This document shows positions 43,926 to 53,328 of a stretch of DNA of 64,000 nt, in pieces. A program made the translations under genes and the position numbers. Location of the stretch: sequence record NC_047815.1, one strand, 5' to 3'. Each line of letters starts with the position of its first letter. Position 1 is the first letter of the stretch. The notes under the pieces were generated by a model that was given only the letters and a program-made list of their open reading frames with translations, had not been told where the DNA came from and searched no databases.

Positions 43926-44977
43926 AAGAACACTCCTTGACGCACACGGAAGTTATCAATAAACGGATGCACTGTGGCATCATATGCGCCACTGCCGCCG
44001 ATACGATGAACAGTGGTATTGGGCTTGATGTTCACGTAGGTGAAGCTATCCACCAGCTGATCATTGATAAACACTCGGTGAAGGTTTGTCGTCGCATCAT
44101 ACACATACTTGACTGTGACAAACGTTGTACTTTTCAGCGCGGCGTAGTTATCAATAGGACGACTTACTTTTGCAGTAACAGCCTGATTCCAAATAGCAAA
44201 TTGATTTTGACCTGGCTCCAGACCAATAGCCCAGCGAACTGTTGTGCTAGAAAATAGAGAGAAGAAACTAAAGTCAGGAAACTTAGTCGTAGCAGACTGT
44301 CTGTATTTAAAATCAATGGTAAAGCTCTGTGTAACGTCAAGACCCGCAGTGCTTGTAGTCATTGCTGGGTTAGCGTTGTTCATATCAATACCGTTACTGG
44401 TATCTGCAACGGTACCAGCTTGCACTGAGATTACATTGCCTGCATAGTCATTGAAACCCGCACCGTAAAACACAGTGCTGTCAATGGCAAGCAATTCATT
44501 ACCTGCAAGCCAGCTAGACAGACCAAGAATGTTTGTCATCGACAGATTAAATGCAGGACAGTATACAACAGAACCTGCTGCGGTAACGTCGATAACAAGC
44601 TCTGAGTTAGGATAAAGCAAGTTGACGTCCGTACCAATTTCAAGAGCGATAGGCAAGATACCGCCAAGAACGATGTGCGTCGGACGACCTGTTGCTGTGG
44701 TAGTAATGTTGATCTCGCTGACGGACAACACGTTGTTAGCAAAAGCACGAGTACAATCCGTGCTTGTGCCCAACAGTGTGCAGATGCCTGACATTCGTGT
44801 TGTATCAAACGAATAACCAGCACCAGTCGCATGATAGTTGAGACAGGCATTCAGATCTTTTACCGTCTTGCCTAAGGCCAATGCAACCAAGTACACGTTC
44901 TTTGTGTCGTAGGTTGTTGAACCGAACAGGCGACTAAGCTGATTCAGCATCGGCACGTTAAAGAGTTTCAAGTTCAT
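43922..44977 (-). CDS. putative virion protein with C-terminal LamG/concanavalin-like domain
   Basis: TGRPTHIVL...EIGTDVNL block, then FTIDFKY...VKYVYD...HRVFINDQLV...RIGG...IDNFRV. Confidence 0.65.
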   Translation of the reverse strand: MNLKLFNVPMLNQLSRLFGSTTYDTKNVYLVALALGKTVKDLNACLNYHATGAGYSFDTTRMSGICTLLGTSTDCTRAFANNVLSVSEINITTTATGRPTHIVLGGILPIALEIGTDVNLLYPNSELVIDVTAAGSVVYCPAFNLSMTNILGLSSWLAGNELLAIDSTVFYGAGFNDYAGNVISVQAGTVADTSNGIDMNNANPAMTTSTAGLDVTQSFTIDFKYRQSATTKFPDFSFFSLFSSTTVRWAIGLEPGQNQFAIWNQAVTAKVSRPIDNYAALKSTTFVTVKYVYDATTNLHRVFINDQLVDSFTYVNIKPNTTVHRIGGSGAYDATVHPFIDNFRVRQGVFL

Positions 44978-45945
44978 TATGAAATCTCCGTAGCTGTGCT
45001 TACTTGGCTAACAGTTGCATATTCACCAACGCCTAAAGTTGTTTTTTGGAGTTCAATCAGCGTACCAGCACCAGTTGCACCTACCGCACAAGCAAAGTAT
45101 TGCACATCACCCAAACCAGCAGCAAGCGCACCGTAGTTTGTGTCAGTGATGGTCACAATCGCCCACTTGATTGTGACGTTACGTGAAGCAGGGTTTGTAT
45201 TGCCCTGAGTAGCAGGCAAACCACGACGCGCTGTACCCACTGTCTGACCGATACGAAAACGAGTGGCAGATGCTGGTGGTGTAGCAATCACGTTACCTTC
45301 TTGATTAGCTGCAATAGACCACGAACTAGCAGTGCCCAAAGTCGTAGACATACCATTTGCGTCTTGAGCAGTAACAGGCGTGATTGTACCGCTAACAGCA
45401 GCAGTGAGGTCGGGCCCAGGCGCAACAAAAGCATCGATAACAACAGCACTGTCAAACTCAACATCGGCTGCGCTCACACTTGCTAGTGGTTGTTGTTGCG
45501 TGTCCAGTGGAAAGCCCGGATATTGCTGAGGTCTGCGTGTCAGATTGCCCAGCAGTCGCTTGTTACCCGTTACTGCGCTGCTTACGTAGCCTGTAGGAAC
45601 GTCAGTGCCAGCGGCTGTGTAACCAATTGGCTGAATGTCCTTAGGGTAATGCAGGGTAACACCCATCTGGGCTTTGTACACACTGCCGCTGACAGCCTTA
45701 AACCCAACTGACTGGTCCAGCATCAAAGTCAAGCCTTCTGTTTCAGGACGCAGTTTGATTTCAGTAGCAGCAGCACATCGACGCAGCAACTGGCGGAAGT
45801 CAATCAGATACTGAGAGAAGTTCGTAGGCATATCTTCTGAGAAAAAGAAGCATTCAGCTACGATACCGTTCGATGCAGTTGCAGCCCAAGCTGAGGACTG
45901 TTGCGCTACACTGAACGGCAATAAGTTGTGACCTAAAAGGCGCAT
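44977..45945 (-). CDS. putative virion structural protein (paralog array)
   Basis: FFFSEDMPT; VEFDSAVVIDAF...ATRFRI; IKWAIV; AVGATGAGTLIEL. Confidence 0.6.
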   Translation of the reverse strand: MRLLGHNLLPFSVAQQSSAWAATASNGIVAECFFFSEDMPTNFSQYLIDFRQLLRRCAAATEIKLRPETEGLTLMLDQSVGFKAVSGSVYKAQMGVTLHYPKDIQPIGYTAAGTDVPTGYVSSAVTGNKRLLGNLTRRPQQYPGFPLDTQQQPLASVSAADVEFDSAVVIDAFVAPGPDLTAAVSGTITPVTAQDANGMSTTLGTASSWSIAANQEGNVIATPPASATRFRIGQTVGTARRGLPATQGNTNPASRNVTIKWAIVTITDTNYGALAAGLGDVQYFACAVGATGAGTLIELQKTTLGVGEYATVSQVSTATEIS

Positions 45946-46439
45946 TAGAACTCCTTACTATCACGCACAACACTTGCCAAGAAGCGACCATTCTTGAGAT
46001 TAGCCGCTGTAAGAATAAGGTCTGCACCAGATCCAGCAGCACCAATCGTTAGAATAAGGAATCCACCGTAAGGCGTGCTAGAAATATCTTTGTTAAACAC
46101 AATGACGTTGTACTGCGCAAGCAAGTCCGTGATGGTACCAGCGAAAGTTCCACGCAGTGTAGCAGCCAGTTTAAACTTCAAACGGTTGCCCGAAGCATGA
46201 ATCCAACGCACAGGGCTAGCTGTGAGACTTGTGAGATCAAGACTTGCAGTAGCACCAATAGCTGTGAGACTTGTACCTGAGGAGACTACGACGTTGGCAG
46301 GGTCTGGGACTTTTGCAAGACACACAGTAAACTGCATGTTGTCTAGTCCGTATTTTAATGGCGGATCTGTTGCATCGCGCTTGCCCTCATCTGGAATAGT
46401 AATCCCGTTGGCGACGAGGGGAAATGAAATGATTTCCAT
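45945..46439 (-). CDS. putative virion structural protein (paralog array)
   Basis: VCLAKVPD...ILTIGAAGSGADLIL; AGGAG RBS. Confidence 0.6.
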   Translation of the reverse strand: MEIISFPLVANGITIPDEGKRDATDPPLKYGLDNMQFTVCLAKVPDPANVVVSSGTSLTAIGATASLDLTSLTASPVRWIHASGNRLKFKLAATLRGTFAGTITDLLAQYNVIVFNKDISSTPYGGFLILTIGAAGSGADLILTAANLKNGRFLASVVRDSKEF

Positions 46440-46465
46440 TGCGTTTCTCCTGGGTTAATCTCGTT

Positions 46466-46474
46466 TAAATTACT
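46466..46474 (-). promoter_or_regulatory. candidate late-promoter motif AGTAATTTA
   Basis: Intergenic, about 27 nt upstream of the 46439 start. Confidence 0.4.
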
Positions 46475-46483
46475 GTGAACTGC

Positions 46484-47560
46484 TTACAGAGAAAATAGTT
46501 GGTTCGACTGAGGTAGGTCTTGCAGGTTGGACTTAACTTGAGGTAATGTAGCCACCGCGCTTTGACCTGTCTGAATCAAGTCCTGCACAAAATCAGCGAT
46601 CTGAATATACACGCTATTGTCAGGCATCAGCACTGGCATGAATGCGTGATCAAACAGATAGCTTGGTGTATTTGTCTGGCTGTTTCCCTTGCTGTAGAAG
46701 CGATGTGCATCAATGCTTTTGTTCAAACTAAGTTGACGACTACGCGTAGTCGTATAGTTCCAACCTCCACCTGAGAAATAGCGTGTGCCATACCTACTCC
46801 AATAATTACTAAACACAAGACGGGCAGTAGTGGCGTTGGCTGCAACTTGACTACTAACAACATACTCCTGACCAGCGGCATAGTTACTAAGAATTGTAGC
46901 ATTGCCATAATAAGTAATCTGGCCTGCATTGTTTGCTGTCTGATACCACGTCTGAATGTAACGTGCTGTTCTGCTTTCGTAGCTACCAATAGTTCCGATA
47001 CTACCACTAGCACTAGTGCTGTTGGTAATCGCTTCATCGACTGTATCGAACACTTGACCATCTATCACACTGCCTTCAAAATGAGGCAGAATCATCGTAG
47101 GAAAGCGTACTACCATAGCTGTGGACACGTCTTCATACTTATCGGCTGCTGTATCGTGTAATGTTCCTGTATCAGCAACAAACCCCAATCCAGGCTGAGG
47201 TGCCGAGCCTATACTATACATTCTCTTGAATGCACTCAGTTCCGAGTAAGCAGTTAAAGCCATATTCAGATACAGCGTACTGCCGCCGGAGTCTTCATCG
47301 GACCAATCATAGCGCATTGGTCCCACAAGCGTATGGAAATAGTGATTGCCTGCCCAGCCAGCAGCTCGCGTACACAGCATTGAGTTATCACTCTGCTTGC
47401 CGTGAATAAAGCTGCGTGCTTTATCTATCTTGGCCATGAGAGAGGCAAGACTATCGGATGCTGTCGGTCTAGCCACATCACTAGTAATCAAAAACATGCG
47501 TTTACGTGCAACGTTGAGGTTATCCGTTACAAGTTTTGCTCCCTGAGATATGAATTGCAT
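46484..47560 (-). CDS. MQF-family paralog 1 (putative virion fibre/surface protein)
   Basis: MQFISQGAKLVTDNLNVARKRMFL...MLCTRAAGW. Confidence 0.6.
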   Translation of the reverse strand: MQFISQGAKLVTDNLNVARKRMFLITSDVARPTASDSLASLMAKIDKARSFIHGKQSDNSMLCTRAAGWAGNHYFHTLVGPMRYDWSDEDSGGSTLYLNMALTAYSELSAFKRMYSIGSAPQPGLGFVADTGTLHDTAADKYEDVSTAMVVRFPTMILPHFEGSVIDGQVFDTVDEAITNSTSASGSIGTIGSYESRTARYIQTWYQTANNAGQITYYGNATILSNYAAGQEYVVSSQVAANATTARLVFSNYWSRYGTRYFSGGGWNYTTTRSRQLSLNKSIDAHRFYSKGNSQTNTPSYLFDHAFMPVLMPDNSVYIQIADFVQDLIQTGQSAVATLPQVKSNLQDLPQSNQLFSL

Positions 47561-47568
47561 AACGACTC

Positions 47569-48642
47569 CTAAATATCGAACACAGTTTCATTGCTCATAA
47601 AATCTGTGTTGGCCGTGATGATGAGCTTTGCTGCTGCGGCGACAGGCGCTGAACCAGATTGAACAAGTTCTTTATCCTGCCCGACATAGGCACGCAACAT
47701 ACAACTGTCTGGACCGCACTTGAACACTGCTACTGCTTTGACAAACACAGCATCAGAGTCGTCAGGTAGAGCGGCGTCAGCCGCTAGACGCATAGCGAAA
47801 GCATCAGCACTGTCACGCGTAAATCCTGTATTGCCTGTAGTAGCATACAACGATCCTACAGCACTGTAGCTATATTGATTAAGACCGTTGGCGGAGTATC
47901 TGTGGCTGATCGGTCTGACAAACAACAGATTATTATTGGCCGCAGTTAGACTAGGTATATTAGGAGATACAGTTGGTACGGTAGTGCTCTGAATTACTTG
48001 GCCTGAAGACACCACTTCCTTGAGTGTTGACATATCTAGATTAGCATTACAGTAGCCACCGTCGTCGCCAGTAGCAGTTTTCCAAAAGCTATCCACAATG
48101 CGCGTGTACATGCTTACGGCACGGCTGCTGTATGTATACAGTTTGTTATCACCAGACAGCTTTTTATTTTGTGGCACAAGCATCATGCAACTAGAGGGCC
48201 AGTATTTACCTAAAGAAGTTTCTGTGCTTGGTCCGTTTTGACCCGTGAATACTGGATAAGTGACGTCTGCCCAATCTTGACCATCCGCGCTTGGTTGAAC
48301 AGTGAAATATCTGTCTACCACTTGCTTGACCGTCATCGTAGTAGAATTGGACCCATACACATTCGCACCTGTTGTTGCAGTAGCGTTGTTGGTCAATGCG
48401 GGGCTTTTAGCAGGATAGTAATAGTCACCAAGTTTCCCACTGACTGGCGTTGTCTCAGCAGCACCTGTTGCGGTATCACTGTTGTTGATGTACGCACGAG
48501 CATTCACGGCGGCAGCTAAGAACTGATCATAACCTAAATGCACGTCTGCAACAGATTGAGTGCTGTCAAACAGTAATGCTGTATTTAGGGCCTGTCGTGA
48601 CATTGCGTTTGACATGGGCCCACGTCGTGTCACAAATTGCAT
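47569..48642 (-). CDS. MQF-family paralog 2
   Basis: MQFVTRRG...ALLFDS...GKLGDYYY; GAGGT RBS. Confidence 0.6.
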   Translation of the reverse strand: MQFVTRRGPMSNAMSRQALNTALLFDSTQSVADVHLGYDQFLAAAVNARAYINNSDTATGAAETTPVSGKLGDYYYPAKSPALTNNATATTGANVYGSNSTTMTVKQVVDRYFTVQPSADGQDWADVTYPVFTGQNGPSTETSLGKYWPSSCMMLVPQNKKLSGDNKLYTYSSRAVSMYTRIVDSFWKTATGDDGGYCNANLDMSTLKEVVSSGQVIQSTTVPTVSPNIPSLTAANNNLLFVRPISHRYSANGLNQYSYSAVGSLYATTGNTGFTRDSADAFAMRLAADAALPDDSDAVFVKAVAVFKCGPDSCMLRAYVGQDKELVQSGSAPVAAAAKLIITANTDFMSNETVFDI

Positions 48643-48649
48643 AACTACC

Positions 48650-49687
48650 TCACATAATAAATTTGCTTCTAACTTCCCGAGCAGTAAAAGCATTCATAGA
48701 CAGAGAAGGCTTAACTCCTGCAGTGGTCAAACCTTCTTGCGTGAAATCTTCATCTGCTTTAACAATAATTGCGTAGATGGGGCCAGACTCATCTGTACCG
48801 CTGATAGGCATCATTCCCCACTCGATAGAATAGTCTTGAGTGTCGGTCATGTTAGACTTCGTACCAAACAAAATATCAGCGTCGGCTGCTACGGGAGCAG
48901 TCATTCTTGGGCCATTAACGTTATTCGTTGTATTGGAAATAATACTCTCCGAATAAGCACTGCGCCCTATAGTCTGAGTTTGTGTAAATGCACCAAACAA
49001 TCTAGGACCTACGATAGATGAATCTGAGGCATAAGAAGAACCTGAAAATGTGTTTACTTTTTTTGTTATTGTAGATGATTCGCCAATAGCAGTTACTTGA
49101 ACATATGTCATAAATGTATTGACGGTTTCTGTGTATCTGCCGGTTACTATTCCAAGACTTGTTGTAGTTGACCAAGATCTAGAGCTTGACATAGTTAAGT
49201 TTGATGATGGAATTGTACTAAGACCATAGTTCAAGGCACTACCATCAAATGGAGGTAATACCATAACGTTTCTTGACGGTGCAATCTGAGTCTCATTTGC
49301 AAGTGTCTCCAGAAGGCTACCTGTCCCTGAATATTTCGATCCAGCGTTCGGACGCCCGACGCTGTAGAAGCGGGAAAATATATCAAACAGCGACACTGCT
49401 TTAGAGCCAGACACCGAGTCTACTACTGTATCTGTAGGCAACACAGCAGGGACATAGTTGTAATACAGACGATTATTTTTCCAACCAGCAGCACGTACAC
49501 AGTTCATTGAAAGATCTTCATTAACTGTGGCGCAGAAACAACGACTGGCGTTTATTTTGTTGATAAGGTCAAGCATACTAGAATTTTCATCAGGCACAAC
49601 AATATCGTCGGAAAATAAAAACATTCTTTGCCGAGCAATATTAATCTTATCTTCTAATAGTTTTGCTCCAGCTGAAATGAATTGCAT
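48650..49687 (-). CDS. MQF-family paralog 3
   Basis: MQFISAGAKLLEDKINIARQRMFL...MNCVRAAGW. Confidence 0.6.
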   Translation of the reverse strand: MQFISAGAKLLEDKINIARQRMFLFSDDIVVPDENSSMLDLINKINASRCFCATVNEDLSMNCVRAAGWKNNRLYYNYVPAVLPTDTVVDSVSGSKAVSLFDIFSRFYSVGRPNAGSKYSGTGSLLETLANETQIAPSRNVMVLPPFDGSALNYGLSTIPSSNLTMSSSRSWSTTTSLGIVTGRYTETVNTFMTYVQVTAIGESSTITKKVNTFSGSSYASDSSIVGPRLFGAFTQTQTIGRSAYSESIISNTTNNVNGPRMTAPVAADADILFGTKSNMTDTQDYSIEWGMMPISGTDESGPIYAIIVKADEDFTQEGLTTAGVKPSLSMNAFTAREVRSKFIM

Positions 49688-49696
49688 AACATATCC

Positions 49697-50668
49697 TTAT
49701 AAATCATAAACACGTTGCTGTGCAAACTTAGGAAAATCCTCAATAGTACCTGACATGGATGTACCCGGATACGCGGCAGGAAAAGAGAAGTCCACGTCTG
49801 CCTCAAGTTTTAGCACGAACAAATGTTCTGGCGTTACGAAAAACGACAATCCTTTGACCAACACAATTGGTGCAGGGTCTTTATCAAGGAACGCAGTGAC
49901 ATAAGGTACGTTCGGCAATTGATTGTATTGCTTAACTGGCGGCGACGTTCTCGTCGGGTCATACACATCAGATGACCAGTTAAAGCCGACACCTCCATTT
50001 GTTGTTAGCGTCTGAGCGATATTCAACGCTTTAGTAATCCCTGACTCGCTTGATGTATATGACATAACGGTCGAATTAACTGTGGTAGTTACCGCGTTTG
50101 TCAGTATTTCTGAACGCTTGTGTTGGACACTACCACCACTCTGACCGCCAAACGTCTTATTCACCGCACTGGACATAGCTGGAGCTGCATACCCCCTAAG
50201 TCCGGAGGTAACAACTGTTCCTACCTTTGTTGGCCACAAACAAGTTATACCTTGAGAATAAACAAAATCGCTTTTTCTCAAGCCAAACATCTGAGTATCA
50301 GAAGTTTCGTCACTGATTGGTGCATCTACATTATTTTGATTATTTGTTCTGTCTCCTGTACCCAACACAGTAGGAACAAACGTTCGCAAAAATTCTCTAT
50401 CAGAACTGAAATCAGGCAACACACCTACAAATCCAATACGAGTCAGATAAAGATTTTGTACTCCACTATTACCTATAGGATTGTCTGCTATTCCAAGCAT
50501 TTCACTCATTACAACAGTGTCGCCTTCGAGCTTTAGCGGTGTAGACCGTGTATTACGCAGTATCTGAACCAACTGACTGATTGTTGTGAACTCAGTGTTG
50601 GTTGAGGCGTCAAAGAAATAACTGTACTTTTTAAGGTCCTGATCACCTTTAGGTAGAATGAGTTGCAT
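49697..50668 (-). CDS. MQF-family paralog 4
   Basis: MQLILP...YSYFFD; similar size and C-terminal layout. Confidence 0.55.
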   Translation of the reverse strand: MQLILPKGDQDLKKYSYFFDASTNTEFTTISQLVQILRNTRSTPLKLEGDTVVMSEMLGIADNPIGNSGVQNLYLTRIGFVGVLPDFSSDREFLRTFVPTVLGTGDRTNNQNNVDAPISDETSDTQMFGLRKSDFVYSQGITCLWPTKVGTVVTSGLRGYAAPAMSSAVNKTFGGQSGGSVQHKRSEILTNAVTTTVNSTVMSYTSSESGITKALNIAQTLTTNGGVGFNWSSDVYDPTRTSPPVKQYNQLPNVPYVTAFLDKDPAPIVLVKGLSFFVTPEHLFVLKLEADVDFSFPAAYPGTSMSGTIEDFPKFAQQRVYDL

Positions 50669-50677
50669 AGTCTTTCC

Positions 50678-51769
50678 TTATAGCACATAAACAGCGTCAG
50701 AAATAAACTTGGACAGATGCAAATCAATCGAGGTCTCTTCGTTTGGTAGGGCTGGTGTGCTGTGCGTAAAATCGTTCTCATCCAATACAGCCACCTTGAG
50801 TTGACCCTCGTGGCGAACTGCAAGCATTGCCCATTTCAGCGTTGTTGCCGCAGTGTCGTCTGCCTCACGTTCAACAAAATAGTTACCACTTCCAGTAAAA
50901 TCAGTGGCAACAGGACTTGCTGGACTATAGATACTGACACCACCACGAAGTAAACCACCAGCAGCTAGACCAAAATCTCTAGCATCTGTCGTGCTCCCTG
51001 CCTGTGTTATACAGCCTGACACCTGTAAAGATATGCCTTTCTTCACCAACGCATCACATATAATATTTACACCCTGTACAAGACTGTTTGCGATGCGCGA
51101 TGCGCCGTATGCATACTGTTTGCCGTCACGCACTTGGATAAAATCCATGTTGTAGTAATCGTAATAGCGACGACCGATCAAGCTAAAGTCACCCCAACCA
51201 TAACTGGATGTGGCTTTAGATACATCAAACTTTATTGCACTGGTTAAGTCAAAGGGAATACACACGATAGAACTGTCGGGATATAGCTGGCCAGTAGCAG
51301 CGTATTGTGGATTCTGTGCAACATCTTTATCCTGATTTACTGGATGCAGAAAGCTGTAACCGAATGTTTTAATCAAGCTGTTTCTAGGTACAGTTGGAAA
51401 AGCAGTTGATGCAAACTTTTCAATAGCCTGCATGTCGGTAATAGCTACATCAACTCGGGCATCTGTATATGATGTACTGTACAGGGTTGGTCCACGATTT
51501 CCGTTGTTGTTGGATGTTGTTGCTGCCAACGTTTTTGTATCTACTCCAGCACTACGCGCGAAATAATATCTACCGTCTCGCTGACCGCTGAGACGAGTAC
51601 ACTTTACCTTATCTTCTTGAACATCATAACCACAAGTACGAGCTTGCGTAATCTTGTCCAAATACTCTGAGGCAGTAATAGACGTAGGTTTCTCTACCGT
51701 GTCATCAAAATAGAACATACGTTCCGGATAAACGTTTGGGACAGCTAGAGAAGACAGTGCAAATTGCAT
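50678..51769 (-). CDS. MQF-family paralog 5
   Basis: MQFALSS...ERMFYFDDTVEKPT...DKITQART...KCTRLSG...YYF. Confidence 0.6.
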   Translation of the reverse strand: MQFALSSLAVPNVYPERMFYFDDTVEKPTSITASEYLDKITQARTCGYDVQEDKVKCTRLSGQRDGRYYFARSAGVDTKTLAATTSNNNGNRGPTLYSTSYTDARVDVAITDMQAIEKFASTAFPTVPRNSLIKTFGYSFLHPVNQDKDVAQNPQYAATGQLYPDSSIVCIPFDLTSAIKFDVSKATSSYGWGDFSLIGRRYYDYYNMDFIQVRDGKQYAYGASRIANSLVQGVNIICDALVKKGISLQVSGCITQAGSTTDARDFGLAAGGLLRGGVSIYSPASPVATDFTGSGNYFVEREADDTAATTLKWAMLAVRHEGQLKVAVLDENDFTHSTPALPNEETSIDLHLSKFISDAVYVL

Positions 51770-51831
51770 AAATAAATCCCTCGTAAGCACAAAAGGGCAG
51801 ATACCTCTCGATATCCACCCTTGATAAAGCA

Positions 51832-52413
51832 CTATACCAGCAAACGACCTGCGATGGTCATTGCAATACCACTGATTGTGCTGTCCACAGTTGCGGGTGC
51901 AGTAATCTTTAGCTGATCACCAGATACCAAAATGATTTCTGCGTCAACGTAAGCAGGTTCAGCAGCAAACACACCTGTCTTGCTGTTGGCGGCGAAAGTT
52001 ACTGTACCAATCTTGACCATTGTACCACTGGCGGCATCCATAACACGGATATCAAACACAGTTGCAGCCGTAGCAGCAATGTCTGCAACAGCCATACTAC
52101 CTGCGAAATTTTTAGCAATAGCAGTTGAGCGAACGCTGAGGTAACGTGCTACTTCGGCAGATGCTGCGTATCGTTTTAATAGGCTTACTGCAACGTCATA
52201 GGGATTGACTGATTGAAGCTGCGACACCCACTTAGCACGCGATGTGGAATACACATACAGGCCAGGTTGGTTCTGACCATTCACAGCAGTCAGATACCAG
52301 ATTTGACCATTCTGTGGGTTAGCGGGAAACGTTGCACCGCTTGTAGTAGGGTCACCAGGCGCACGTAGAATCTGAGCAGCAGGTCCTACTAATTGAATAC
52401 CAAAGGCATACAT
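51832..52413 (-). CDS. putative tail/fibre-associated structural protein
   Basis: FPANPQNGQIWY motif; C-terminal FAGSMAVA...GTVTFAA...GDQLKI beta domain. Confidence 0.55.
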   Translation of the reverse strand: MYAFGIQLVGPAAQILRAPGDPTTSGATFPANPQNGQIWYLTAVNGQNQPGLYVYSTSRAKWVSQLQSVNPYDVAVSLLKRYAASAEVARYLSVRSTAIAKNFAGSMAVADIAATAATVFDIRVMDAASGTMVKIGTVTFAANSKTGVFAAEPAYVDAEIILVSGDQLKITAPATVDSTISGIAMTIAGRLLV

Positions 52414-52425
52414 AAACTATTCCTC

Positions 52426-52647
52426 TTAGGCTACGCGCACATGACCCGTAACTTCATACGGAAAAATCACCTGCAGGTTGTTGTCGTCCACAATCACAAC
52501 GTCTTGTGCCATCACTTGATGCAGTTTACCATCTGGCATGTTCACGCACACAGTAACACCGACAGGACGGCCACAGTTGTGTTGAATTTCCCACGTAGAG
52601 GCAGGTGTTTCTTGAAGAAACGTTCTGCCACTTGATGCGTTAATCAT
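52426..52647 (-). CDS. small protein made of one W-x-I-x-HN module
   Basis: WEIQHNCGRPVGV...DDNNLQVIF...GHV. Confidence 0.65.
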   Translation of the reverse strand: MINASSGRTFLQETPASTWEIQHNCGRPVGVTVCVNMPDGKLHQVMAQDVVIVDDNNLQVIFPYEVTGHVRVA

Positions 52648-52658
52648 TAGCTCGCTCC

Positions 52659-53261
52659 TTAGTACAGGACAACAGTACCGGATTCCGGCTGGTCGAACGT
52701 TACGGTCAGTTGGTTAACGTTGTCATGCACAATAGACTTAGGCTGTACTTCATTCGAGCCTTGATAGATGCGCACTGCTGGATTGTAGCCAAGGTTGTGT
52801 ACAACAACCCATTCGGCACTATCAGTAAATGCAGCATTAAACGCAATTGTTTGTTTCGGCAGACCTGACTCAACACCAACGAGGAAGATAGCTGTACCAG
52901 CAACAGGCTCTGAGAACAGGATAACCATGTTGTTTGCATCAGTCAGACTGATCTCACTTGGCTGAATAACACCACCGTTCTCGTCATAGCACTGCACGAT
53001 AGGTGTGGCGTAGTTGAGGTTGTGCTGCACTTCCCAGCGAGACGATGCAGCAGCCTGCTTGTAAGTGAACATTGTCATTTCTTGGGTTAGCGGTACCCAG
53101 ATAGGCAAGGCGTTGTCACCAATAGACACGCACAGCATCAGACGACGCTCTTTGAAAATGGCTGTTCCAGGTTTAGGATTCAGGGGGAAATCTTCCTGAG
53201 TCGTAAACGTGAAGTTGCGAATGCCACCTTCGATAAGATCTAGATTTGACCAAACTTTCAT
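52659..53261 (-). CDS. structural protein with two HN modules
   Basis: WEVQHNLNY...DANNMVILFSEPVAG and WVVVHNLGYNP...NVNQLTVTFDQPESG; GAGGA RBS. Confidence 0.65.
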   Translation of the reverse strand: MKVWSNLDLIEGGIRNFTFTTQEDFPLNPKPGTAIFKERRLMLCVSIGDNALPIWVPLTQEMTMFTYKQAAASSRWEVQHNLNYATPIVQCYDENGGVIQPSEISLTDANNMVILFSEPVAGTAIFLVGVESGLPKQTIAFNAAFTDSAEWVVVHNLGYNPAVRIYQGSNEVQPKSIVHDNVNQLTVTFDQPESGTVVLY

Positions 53262-53282
53262 AAATTCCTCACACGAAGGTAA

Positions 53283-53306
53283 AAAGGGTGAGCAGAGGCC
53301 CACCCT
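53283..53306 (-). terminator. probable intrinsic terminator
   Basis: AAGGGTG...CACCCTT hairpin, with a T-tract on the minus strand. Confidence 0.55.
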
Positions 53307-53328
53307 TAGTTTAGACTATTGCTTGATG

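Noticed and set aside
38965-51769. Paralog array as a diversity-generating retroelement or invertible shufflon
   Set aside because: I saw no reverse transcriptase, no near-identical TR/VR pair, no invertase and no inverted crossover sites; the paralogs are highly diverged at the DNA level.
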